A DNA stretch of 64,000 nucleotides from Acidobacteriota bacterium (GTDB taxonomy: Bacteria; Acidobacteriota; Vicinamibacteria; Vicinamibacterales; CAVVIG01), in assembly GCA_016195265.1 (NCBI GenBank), contig JACPZW010000003.1, positions 67,279 through 131,278 of the forward strand. The letters are read 5' to 3'. Shown here piece after piece: positions 43,502-52,027 of the stretch. Within the stretch, counting starts at the first letter, position 1, and the number at the start of each line of letters is the position of its first letter. Both the position numbers and the translations under genes were made by a program. The notes under the pieces were generated by a model, which worked only from the letters and a program-made list of their open reading frames with translations, made no database searches and was not told the DNA's origin.

Positions 43502-44507
43502 CCTTCTTGGCGCGGACGCGCGCGCGACGCTCGATCCGCTGATCGACGCGTACGCCTACAAGCCGTACCGCAACTATCGAACATTGCCGCGCAAGAAGCA
43601 GAACGACGTCCTCCGCGCCGAGGTCCACGCCGCGCTCGACGCCGAGGGCGGTTTCGCCGTCATCAGCGCGCCTGGAAGCACTGGAAGCCCTGGAAGCCCT
43701 GGAAGCCCTGGAAGCATTGACGCGCCGCTCGCCGCCGCGATCGTCCGTCCGCTGCCGTGGGACAGCGCATTCTTCGATCTGAAGATGGCGAAGATGACGC
43801 ACGTGCTGCGCACGGACGAAGCACCGCGCGCGGACGTGACGTCGGTGATCGATCTCGCGCTGCGGCAGTGCCGCGAGCGTCGCATTCAGCACGTCGCCGT
43901 CCGCATCGACGCGGCGGACGCGGACGCGATCCAGGCGCTCGAGGCCGCCGGCTTCCGCATGGTGGACGCGCTGGCGACCTACATCTATCACCACAAGCGC
44001 GAGTCGCCGCCGCCGATCAAGGAGATGGGCGTGCTGCGGCTCTTCCGGCCGGAAGACACCGAACAGATCATCGCGATCACACGCGAGGCGTATCGCGGAT
44101 TCCAGGGCCGCTATCATCTCGACCCGCACCTCGACAAAGCCCGCGCGGACGAGCTGTACATCGAGTGGGCGCGCAAATGCTGCGCATTCGAGTGGGCGGA
44201 AGTCGTGATGGTCAACGAGAACGGCAAGGGCGAGCTGCACGGCTGGGCGAGCTACCGCCACATCGAGCCCGCGTCGACGGTCGGCGGCATTCCCATTCAA
44301 GGCGGCGGGCTCGGCGCGTGCCGGCGCGATACGCCCGGCGCGTACGCGGGCATCGTGCGCTTCGCCGCCGTCATGATTCACGGCGGCGGCGGCGTCACCG
44401 AGTGCCAGACGCAGCTCTTCAATTTCCCGACGATCCGCGTGTACGAGGCGATCGGCACGCAGTTCGTGCGCGCCGATTACACGCTCCACGCGTGGCTCGG
44501 CGCCTGA
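43491..44507 (+). CDS. WecD/RffC-like dTDP-4-amino-4,6-dideoxy-sugar N-acyltransferase (GNAT fold)
   Basis: PLPWDSAFFDLKMAKM resembles the E. coli WecD N-terminus (PLTWENAFFGV). The protein has two-domain length. GTG 43491 overlaps the GT2 stop. The N-terminal ~75 aa extension contains a 9-mer repeat. Confidence 0.55.
   Translation: MAASLLGADARATLDPLIDAYAYKPYRNYRTLPRKKQNDVLRAEVHAALDAEGGFAVISAPGSTGSPGSPGSPGSIDAPLAAAIVRPLPWDSAFFDLKMAKMTHVLRTDEAPRADVTSVIDLALRQCRERRIQHVAVRIDAADADAIQALEAAGFRMVDALATYIYHHKRESPPPIKEMGVLRLFRPEDTEQIIAITREAYRGFQGRYHLDPHLDKARADELYIEWARKCCAFEWAEVVMVNENGKGELHGWASYRHIEPASTVGGIPIQGGGLGACRRDTPGAYAGIVRFAAVMIHGGGGVTECQTQLFNFPTIRVYEAIGTQFVRADYTLHAWLGA
43672..43716. repeat. (CTGGAAGCM)x5 nonamer tandem repeat, in frame
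   Basis: CTGGAAGCA CTGGAAGCC x3 CTGGAAGCA, translated as PGSTGSPGSPGSPGS. Confidence 0.8.
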
Positions 44508-44528
44508 CGCGATTGGCGGACGGACAAG

Positions 44529-44788
44529 AAACCACCGAGGACACGGAGAAGAGACAGGCTCGAGAGACTCAGTCGATCAGTTCGGCGGCGCCGCGTGGCG
44601 GCGGCGCGGCCGGAATCGGAACCGCGCACGAGTCACTAACACACGTCTCGGATCGACTCGTGCACGGTCCCGATCCGGCCGCGCTCGTCGGCCTGCATGG
44701 CAGGCCGACCGCCGAACTGATCGACCTCTGCGCCTCTGTGTCTCTGTGGCCCATTTCCCTCCGTGTTCTCTGTGTCCTCCGTGGTTAC
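44529..44788. repeat. ~260-nt nested long hairpin, family E termini (AACCACNGAGGACAC ... GTGTCCTCCGTGGTT)
   Basis: Three tiers of complementarity. Outer tier: family E termini. Middle tier: GTCGATCAGTTCGGCGG / CCGCCGAACTGATCGAC (perfect 17 bp). Inner tier: GGCCGGAATCGGAACCGCGCACGAGTC / GACTCGTGCACGGTCCCGATCCGGCC. The loop is ~20 nt. Confidence 0.7.
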
Positions 44789-44796
44789 AACCGTCG

Positions 44797-44827
44797 GTCC
44801 GTCCGTCCGTCCATCTATAATCCCGCC
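44797..44827 (+). promoter_or_regulatory. (GTCC)x4 followed by a consensus TATAAT 6 nt upstream of an ATG (candidate leaderless promoter)
   Basis: GTCCGTCCGTCCGTCC ATC TATAAT CCCGCC ATG (ATG at 44828). No SD sequence is present. Confidence 0.4.
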
Positions 44828-45394
44828 ATGACGAGCAAGCCGCTCGTCAACGAGGCCTTCGCGATGAAATACAGAATCGCCGGCGGAGCGGTCGTGGTGT
44901 GGCTCGCGTTCGCGGCGTGCTCGACGGCGCAGACCGGCTTTCCGCCCGCGACGCAGCGATCATTCGCCGAGCTGCGCGCGCGCGTCGCGCGCGGCGACGC
45001 GAGCGACGGTCAGGAGCTGCAGATCCGCTGGTTCGCGATCGAAGGCGCGGCGCAGCCCGCGTCGGACGTCACCGTGCTGAACCGCCGCCGCGGCATCGGC
45101 CCGCTGCCGCAGGAACGCGATCCGCAGTTGTCGGAAGACCGGCTCGTCGTGATTTCCGTCGACGCCACCGGGCGCGAGCTCGACTGGCGCACGGTCATGG
45201 ATCCGCGGCTCGTGCGCGCCGAGTTTCCGGACGCGCAGGGCCGGTTGTCGGGACGGACGTTCCAGCGGACGGAGGTCAACCTCCTCGTCGACGTTCCCAA
45301 CAACCCGGACATCGTCCGGCTTCGGATCTACGCGCCGCAGCTGACGAGCGACGGCTGGGTTCTGAATCTGCTCGCGACGGTGGACCTGCCGTGA
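44828..45394 (+). CDS. hypothetical lipoprotein/secreted protein translationally coupled to the M64 peptidase gene
   Basis: In-frame tail of ORF 43757..45394. Starts are possible at 44828 or 44864 (MKYRIAGGAVVVWLAFAACSTAQ, lipobox-like). Its stop overlaps the next gene's GTG (GTGA). Confidence 0.55.
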   Translation: MTSKPLVNEAFAMKYRIAGGAVVVWLAFAACSTAQTGFPPATQRSFAELRARVARGDASDGQELQIRWFAIEGAAQPASDVTVLNRRRGIGPLPQERDPQLSEDRLVVISVDATGRELDWRTVMDPRLVRAEFPDAQGRLSGRTFQRTEVNLLVDVPNNPDIVRLRIYAPQLTSDGWVLNLLATVDLP

Positions 45395-47118
45395 TCGCGG
45401 AACGTTTCGAGCGCATCGGTCGCGCGCGCCGCGCCGGAACGATCGTTGCGCTGGCGCTCGCCTTCACGGCGATCGCCGCGATCGGATCCGCCGAGCCGGT
45501 CACCGTGCTGCAGCAGTCGGGCGACGCGAGCAATCGTCTCGACCTCGTCGTCCTCGGCGACGGCTACACGGCCGCGGAGCTCGGCAAGTACGCCAGCGAC
45601 GTCGCGACGTTTCTCGCCGCGGTCTTCCAGCAACAGCCATGGGCCGAATACCGGCCGCTGATGAACATCTACCGCGTCGACGTCACGAGCGCGGAATCCG
45701 GCGCGAGCCATCCAGAGAACAACGTCACCAAGAACACGGCGCTCAGCGCAGCGTACAACTGCAGCGGCATCCAGCGCCTGATTTGCGTCAATATCACGGC
45801 CGTCAACAACGTGCTGTCGCGCAGCGTCTCCGCCACGCAGCGTGATCTCGTGCTCGTGATCGTGAACGACAGCGTGTACGGCGGCAGCGGCGGAGCCGTC
45901 GCGGTCGCGTCGACCCACGCCGCCGCTGTCGAGCTGGTGCTCCACGAGTCGGGCCACACGCTCGGGCTTCTCGCCGACGAGTACACCGATCAGCCGCCCG
46001 TCTGCAGCGTGTTGTTCGAGCCTTCCGCGGCCAACGTGACCATGCAGACGCAGCGCGGCGCGATCAAATGGACGTCATGGATAGACGCCGCGACGCCGAT
46101 GCCGACGACGACGACGGCGGCGGCCGTGCCCGGTCTGTATCTGGGCGCGGACTACTGTCCGACAGGCAAGTACCGGCCCACGTACAACTCGAAGATGCGG
46201 TCGCTCGGTGTGCCGTACGAGCAAATCAACTCCGAGCAGTTGATCAAGCGTATCTACAACTTCTCGGCTCCACTCGATGGTTCCTCGCCGTCCGGCACGT
46301 CGGTGAGCGTCTCCGGTGGCGGATCGACGACGTTTCAGGTGACCGTGCCGGCGCTGGCGACGCATTCGCCGACGGTCACCTGGCAGATTGACGGCGTCAC
46401 GGTCGCGACCGGAACGACGCTCGTGGCGACGGCGCCGTCGGTGCCGTCCGGCGCGCACACGCTGACGGCCGTGATTCAGGATTCGACCGCGATGGTGCGC
46501 AACGATCCCTCGCGCGTGCTTCGCGCGACGCGCTCGTGGACGGTGAGCGGCGGCACGCAGACGGCGCCAGACGCGCCCGCGTCGCTGACCGTGTCGTCGT
46601 CCGGATCGAGCGTCACGCTCACGTGGACCGCGCCCGCGACGGGATCCGCGCCCCGCGAGTACGTCATCGAGGCGGGATCGGCGACCGGCCAGGCGGACCT
46701 CGCGAATTTCGCGACAGGCACGACGTCCACCGCGTTCAGCACGTCCGGCGTGGGCGCGGGCCGGTACTACGTGCGCGTGCGATCGTCGAACGCGGCCGGC
46801 CGGAGCGCGGCGTCGAATGAGGCGCTGCTTGTCGTCGGCGGCGTGTGCACCGGACCGCCGGCCGCGCCGGTGCTGAGCGCCGTGACGGCCGGATCGACGG
46901 TCACACTGTCGTGGTCGGTGCCGTCGGGCGCGACGTCGTTCGTCCTGGAAGCGGGATCGGCGACCGGACTGAGCAACCTGGCGAACACCGACGTCGGCGG
47001 GACGCCGAGTTACGTCGCGACCGGCGTGGGCGCGGGCACGTACTACGTCCGCGTGCGCGCGAAGAACTCGTGCGGGACCGGATCGCCATCGAACGAGACG
47101 ACCGTGACGGTCCGGTGA
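45391..47118 (+). CDS. M64 (IgA-peptidase-like) metallopeptidase with two C-terminal FN3 modules
   Basis: LDLVVLGDGYTAAELGKYASDV, VIVNDSVYGGSGG, and zinc motif LHESGHTLG. Two FN3 modules end in GRYYVRVRSSNAAGRSAASNE and GTYYVRVRAKNSCGTGSPSNE. Confidence 0.75.
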   Translation: MIAERFERIGRARRAGTIVALALAFTAIAAIGSAEPVTVLQQSGDASNRLDLVVLGDGYTAAELGKYASDVATFLAAVFQQQPWAEYRPLMNIYRVDVTSAESGASHPENNVTKNTALSAAYNCSGIQRLICVNITAVNNVLSRSVSATQRDLVLVIVNDSVYGGSGGAVAVASTHAAAVELVLHESGHTLGLLADEYTDQPPVCSVLFEPSAANVTMQTQRGAIKWTSWIDAATPMPTTTTAAAVPGLYLGADYCPTGKYRPTYNSKMRSLGVPYEQINSEQLIKRIYNFSAPLDGSSPSGTSVSVSGGGSTTFQVTVPALATHSPTVTWQIDGVTVATGTTLVATAPSVPSGAHTLTAVIQDSTAMVRNDPSRVLRATRSWTVSGGTQTAPDAPASLTVSSSGSSVTLTWTAPATGSAPREYVIEAGSATGQADLANFATGTTSTAFSTSGVGAGRYYVRVRSSNAAGRSAASNEALLVVGGVCTGPPAAPVLSAVTAGSTVTLSWSVPSGATSFVLEAGSATGLSNLANTDVGGTPSYVATGVGAGTYYVRVRAKNSCGTGSPSNETTVTVR

Positions 47119-47123
47119 GACCC

Positions 47124-47179
47124 GTAGCGCGTGGCTTTCAGCCCCGCGGTCGTTCGCGGCCCTGAAAGGGCCGCGCTAC
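47124..47179. repeat. extragenic REPIN-like doublet (second GTAG-headed family) between convergent genes
   Basis: GTAGCGCGTGGCTTTCAGCCCCGCG - GTCGTT - CGCGGCCCTGAAAGGGCCGCGCTAC. The two units are inverted, and each has its own stem-loop. Confidence 0.7.
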
Positions 47180-47198
47180 AAATCGGAAACCAGCGCGC

Positions 47199-49775
47199 TC
47201 AGGGCACGACCGCCACGATTTCGTTCGACGCGGCGCCGAGACCACAGGCGTTCCTGCCGCGAAGTCGCGCGTAATACGTGCCGGGCGCGACACCGCTGAT
47301 CGTCACAGTCAGCAGATTGCCAATCGTGGTCTCGGGGACATCCGATCCGCCCGGCGCGTGGCCGGCCTGGAGCACGTACGACGTCGGACCGCCGCGTGCC
47401 GCGCTCCACGCCAACGTGACCACGCGCCGCTGATTCGACACGATCCGGAACTCCTGCGGCGCGCCCGGCGGCGCGCTGCACCGTCCCTCCAGCAGCGCCT
47501 GCGCCTGACCGAGCGTGCCACGCCCGGCGTCGCCATCGGGGACTCGCACGACGCGTGCACGCGACCGCGACGTCGCGCTCGCGCCCGCGTCCACCAGCTC
47601 CAGTTGCACGTCACCATCAGGCAGTCCGGGAATCGGCGGAATCGTCATCAGGCTGAATGGCAGCGCCGACGCACCGTCCTCGGTGGTGTTCTGATAGGCG
47701 GACGTGATCGCCCGGGCTTGACCGTTCACCAGCAGGCGGACGCCCGGTGACGCCTCCGGGATTCGACGGCCGTCGACGTTGGAGAACAGCAGGTACCAGG
47801 CGTTCCGATCCGCGAGGATTCCGGTCAGCGCCGGCGCGCCGGGAACGGCCACGGTGTGGTCGGTGCCGCTTCGGGTCGTCCGCCGCCACGTCTCCACGAA
47901 ACGTCGAAGTGCGCCGGCATGCTGACGGCGCAGGCCGTCGATCGCCAAGCTGCCGCTGGTGCGAAAACTCGCGTCCAGCAACTTGGTGGCCGTCAGCAGC
48001 GCGCGCGGGCTGTCGCCAGCGTCGATCGTCGCGTTCACCCACCGTGCGAATGCGGCCGCGGCGCCAGTCGCGTCTTCGCGAAAAAGTCCGGCGGAATCCC
48101 GCACGAGCGGCTCGACCCCCACGCGGCAGATGGCCAGCGGGACCAGCGGACTCCAGCCGCGCGGCGTCGCGTCTTCGTGTGTGCATCGGTGCTGCCACGG
48201 ATCGTAGGCGAGGTACGTGAACCCGCCGCGAGCGAGGAGCGCGGGCCCGGCGTCCTCGTCGGTGCTGAGCTTGACAAGCTTCGGCTTCACAGGCCAGCCC
48301 GGCGTCTCGAACCGCACGATGGGCCGGCGCAGGTACGCGGTCGGGAACGGGTATTCACCGAATAACCCGGGCATGTCGGCGACTACCAGCGGCGCGCCGT
48401 CGCGCGGCAGCATGCCGGCAAGCGATCGATAGAGATCGTGGGAGGCCGCGCCCGGCGGCGGCGTCAGGTCGACGAAGGACAGATTCCAGCCGCACACGCC
48501 GGCCCAGAGCGCCGCGCAGAACACCGGATAGCCGGCAGATGCCAGCCGCGCATCAGGCAGCCGGCCGACGATTCTCCTGACGACGTCCACGAACGCGCAG
48601 ATCGTCATGGCCCATCCGACCACCCAGGTGCCGGTGAACCACCAGTGGATCGTGACGAGATTCGTGAGTCGATAGCAGTACGTGACGCCCGAGCCGAAGC
48701 CGAGAACGATGGCGAGCAGCAGCAGCACGCCGTCGCCGCGCGCGGCGTCGCGTCCGTCGCGCCAGAGGCGCAGGACCGCGTAGGCGGTCGCGACGACGAG
48801 CATGACGCTCATCACGATGAGCATCCAGCGCGGCCATGCGGTTTCGAGCTGCCGGATCAGCACGCCGGTGTACGGACCGATGGGCGTGTCGCCCGTCCGC
48901 TCGTTCACGCGGTCCATGAAGCCGCGGAAATAGAACTCGAATCCGATCCGCGTGCCGTACATGAGGACGGTCGTGATCTCGGCGGCCGCCGACCCGACAG
49001 CGATCGCCGCGGCGACGGTGAACGACTTCCAGGCACGCGACGTCTGGCGACTTGCGAGCAGCACGGCGCCGAGCGCGGCGAACGCCGCGACCGCCACGGC
49101 GTTCCCGAACAGCGCGACCCACTCGGACAGCGTGCCCAGATACGCGAGCGACGACGCGATGAGGAGATCGCGCGCGCGAATCCCTGATCCATCGTCTGGC
49201 GCGTTTCGAGAGAGCGTTCGCGTGAAGAACGCGACGCCCCACGACGCGAGCACGAGCTGGCAGAGCATGGCCGGCGTCGTCGAGTAGTAGCCGTCGATGA
49301 ACCACACGAGGAACGGAGAGCTCCAGATGACGAAGGACAGGCCGGCCAGCGCGGCGCCGAACCCGAACACGACTTCGAGCAGGGGCGCCGCGATGAGGAC
49401 GCCGGCCACCGTCATCCCCTGCGCCAGCAATTTGCCGACGATGATCGGATCGACGCGATCGAGCGCGCGGCTGGCCCAGTAGTGCAGCATCCACGACAAC
49501 GGCGGCTGCGAGAGGTAGTCGCGCCAGTAGACGTCGCGATACCACCACTCGGGCAGGTTCTGGTCGATCGACCGCGACGGAATGAAATGGCGGGCGAGCG
49601 CGCCGTCGTGCCGCCAGTTCTCGCTCGCAATCACCTCCTGTCCCAGGAGGTATTCCATGTTCGTCTTGATGGTGGAGGTCGTCAGGGGCCAGCGCAGCAC
49701 GTCAGCGCACAACAGTTGCGCCGCCAGGACGAGGAGCAGCAGACGTCTGCCGCGCGGCTCGGGTACCGGCGTCAT
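47199..49775 (-). CDS. polytopic membrane protein (GT-C-like) with extracytoplasmic domain and C-terminal FN3 module
   Basis: Met 45 of ORF 47199..49907 overlaps the upstream stop (ATGA). About 12 hydrophobic segments. The C-terminal FN3 ends GTYYARLRGRNACGLGAASNEIVAVVP. Confidence 0.6.
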   Translation of the reverse strand: MTPVPEPRGRRLLLLVLAAQLLCADVLRWPLTTSTIKTNMEYLLGQEVIASENWRHDGALARHFIPSRSIDQNLPEWWYRDVYWRDYLSQPPLSWMLHYWASRALDRVDPIIVGKLLAQGMTVAGVLIAAPLLEVVFGFGAALAGLSFVIWSSPFLVWFIDGYYSTTPAMLCQLVLASWGVAFFTRTLSRNAPDDGSGIRARDLLIASSLAYLGTLSEWVALFGNAVAVAAFAALGAVLLASRQTSRAWKSFTVAAAIAVGSAAAEITTVLMYGTRIGFEFYFRGFMDRVNERTGDTPIGPYTGVLIRQLETAWPRWMLIVMSVMLVVATAYAVLRLWRDGRDAARGDGVLLLLAIVLGFGSGVTYCYRLTNLVTIHWWFTGTWVVGWAMTICAFVDVVRRIVGRLPDARLASAGYPVFCAALWAGVCGWNLSFVDLTPPPGAASHDLYRSLAGMLPRDGAPLVVADMPGLFGEYPFPTAYLRRPIVRFETPGWPVKPKLVKLSTDEDAGPALLARGGFTYLAYDPWQHRCTHEDATPRGWSPLVPLAICRVGVEPLVRDSAGLFREDATGAAAAFARWVNATIDAGDSPRALLTATKLLDASFRTSGSLAIDGLRRQHAGALRRFVETWRRTTRSGTDHTVAVPGAPALTGILADRNAWYLLFSNVDGRRIPEASPGVRLLVNGQARAITSAYQNTTEDGASALPFSLMTIPPIPGLPDGDVQLELVDAGASATSRSRARVVRVPDGDAGRGTLGQAQALLEGRCSAPPGAPQEFRIVSNQRRVVTLAWSAARGGPTSYVLQAGHAPGGSDVPETTIGNLLTVTISGVAPGTYYARLRGRNACGLGAASNEIVAVVP

Positions 49776-52027
49776 GGCCGACGATTGATAACGCCGAGAT
49801 CGATCGCGCCGCGGTTGTCGTGCTCGAACTCCACGCCCGTCCAGAGCTGCCACGCGGTGGACCCCGACAGCGCGAACGTTTCCCACGCGAGCTCGCCCGC
49901 TCTCCATCCGCCGAACAGCGGCGTCAGCGGATCGATCTCCGCCGGTCCGCCCGGCGAGCCGGCCGGCACGGCGCCCAACTGCAGACGCATCACGTTCGTC
50001 CAGTCTCGAAGCGGACGAAAGTAGATCCGGATTTCAATCGTGCCGTCGTCGGGGTGCCTGTACGTCGTGAAGCCCTCGAGCATCGCGACGCCGTGCATCT
50101 CGGCCTGCCTGATCGTGCCGTCGCCCGCGCGAATGACGGTCGCGGCGGCGGATCCGTCGCGCTGCCGGCCCTCGACCTCCGCGCGGATCAGCGCCAGCGG
50201 CTCGCGCAACGCGGGCGTTTCCTTCGCGCGCGCCAGCGCCGCGCGCAGCACGTCCGGTTCGAACCGGCCCGCCTTCCGCACGGCGCGGGCGAGCGCCATC
50301 AGCTCGTCGCGATTCTCGAGCGCCTGTCCGCGGCCGATGCGCGCCTCGAAATCCGCCAGCAGCTGATCGCTGTCGCCCCGCAGCGAGATGAGCGGCAGCT
50401 CGGACGGAATCCTCGCGAGCGGCACCGACTCCGGGTAGCTGCGCTGGGCGATACGCAGCAGCGACGCGGCGCGGTCGAATTCGCCGGCCGCCGCTTCGGC
50501 GCGGACGGCCTCGGCGTACCCGGCCTCGTCGAACGGACGGTAGAGCGGCGCGACGAAGGCGAAGAGCAGCGTGAGATTCAGCGCCATCAGCCCGGCGAAG
50601 ACCTGGCGGACGCTCAACGCTGCGAAGCGGACGCGCGGCGCGATCTCGACGCACGCGGCCGCGATCAAGACGCCGACGATGCTGCCTGTGATGATGCGGA
50701 TCAGGTGCTCTTGATCGCCATAGTGATAGTGGCGGATACCGTCCCTGATGGCCGCGCCGATCGGACTGACCCACTGCAGTGCGAGCACGCCGCCAAGAAT
50801 CGCGACGATCGCCGCGAGGCGATGTGGCCGGCGTCGCGCCTCGACGATGAACGCGTGAAGCCCGACCACCAGCGCGATCATGATCGGCGCGAGCGACGGC
50901 AGCATCCAGCGACCGACGACGATGCGCTCGATCATCATGTTCGTGTAGAGGATCGGCGCGAACGTGAGGAACACGCCGCCCGCGTAGAACCACGCCAGGC
51001 GCGTGCGCTCGCGAGCCGTGGTATCAGCGGCGGCGGATCGATCGCGGACCACGAGCCCAATCGCCGCGAGCTTCGACATGACGGCGAACGCCGCGTACAC
51101 CGGCGCGGGCAGCAGGATGCTCGGCTGGCCGAGCCATCCCCAAAATCCCAGAAACATCTTCGGCCCGAGCTCGTACTTGAGATGCAACCACAGGTACGGA
51201 TTCCACCACGTGAGAGTGAAGAAGGAGAACATCGGCGCGAGCCACATGGTCAGGTCGCGCTGCATCTCGACCGGCCGCGGGACAATCACGAACGCAAGAG
51301 CGGCCGTGCCGGCCAGCGCCGCCGCGGCGATCGCGGCGCCTCGCTTCGTCGGCTCGGTCACGACGAAGCCGAACGGCACGAGCAAGACGAGGAAGTACGC
51401 CTGGCGATCGGAGAACGGCGCCGCCATCACGATGACGAGGCCGGCGATCCAGACGGCGGTTCGTCCGATACGGCCGCACACCCGCGCGGTGAACGCGCAG
51501 TACGCCGCCGACGCGAGCAGCACGGTCGTGGCTTCCGGATGGATCTTCGACGCGAAGAAGCTCGCTTCCGGAAGAAACAAACACGCGCCCGCCGTCAGCA
51601 GCGCGAGATCGTCGCGCGAGGTGAAGAGCCGCGCCGTCTCGAAGATCAGGACGAGCGACACGGTCCACATCAGCAGCGTGCACAGCCGCAGAAGGTACAG
51701 CCGGTTCACGTCGCCGCGCGGGATGCCTTCGGCGCGGCCGTGCATGTACACGTTGACGCGCCCGCGCAGGTTGGAGACGAAGCGGAACGACGGGTTGTAG
51801 CGCGCCGGGACGGGACGATCCGGTCCGCCGGCGAGGACCATTGCGGGCTTGACCGCGGCCGCGTAGAGCAGCCAGCCGCCCGGATTTTCGCCGTGCGTAT
51901 AGCGGACGATCGCGTTGTAGAACGAGCTCTCGTCGGCGGACTCGAACGGCGGGACCGCGAGTCCCCAGCACGCGCCGGTCACAAGCGTGGCGACGATCAG
52001 GATCCAGAGGTTGGGCCGGCGCATCAA
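49772..52027 (-). CDS. polytopic membrane protein, DUF2142/GT-C-like, with C-terminal soluble domain
   Basis: 751-aa ORF. The N-terminal AVPPFESADESSFYN resembles the P.F..PDE..H signature of DUF2142-type membrane proteins. There are more than 10 hydrophobic segments. Confidence 0.55.
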   Translation of the reverse strand: MMRRPNLWILIVATLVTGACWGLAVPPFESADESSFYNAIVRYTHGENPGGWLLYAAAVKPAMVLAGGPDRPVPARYNPSFRFVSNLRGRVNVYMHGRAEGIPRGDVNRLYLLRLCTLLMWTVSLVLIFETARLFTSRDDLALLTAGACLFLPEASFFASKIHPEATTVLLASAAYCAFTARVCGRIGRTAVWIAGLVIVMAAPFSDRQAYFLVLLVPFGFVVTEPTKRGAAIAAAALAGTAALAFVIVPRPVEMQRDLTMWLAPMFSFFTLTWWNPYLWLHLKYELGPKMFLGFWGWLGQPSILLPAPVYAAFAVMSKLAAIGLVVRDRSAAADTTARERTRLAWFYAGGVFLTFAPILYTNMMIERIVVGRWMLPSLAPIMIALVVGLHAFIVEARRRPHRLAAIVAILGGVLALQWVSPIGAAIRDGIRHYHYGDQEHLIRIITGSIVGVLIAAACVEIAPRVRFAALSVRQVFAGLMALNLTLLFAFVAPLYRPFDEAGYAEAVRAEAAAGEFDRAASLLRIAQRSYPESVPLARIPSELPLISLRGDSDQLLADFEARIGRGQALENRDELMALARAVRKAGRFEPDVLRAALARAKETPALREPLALIRAEVEGRQRDGSAAATVIRAGDGTIRQAEMHGVAMLEGFTTYRHPDDGTIEIRIYFRPLRDWTNVMRLQLGAVPAGSPGGPAEIDPLTPLFGGWRAGELAWETFALSGSTAWQLWTGVEFEHDNRGAIDLGVINRRP

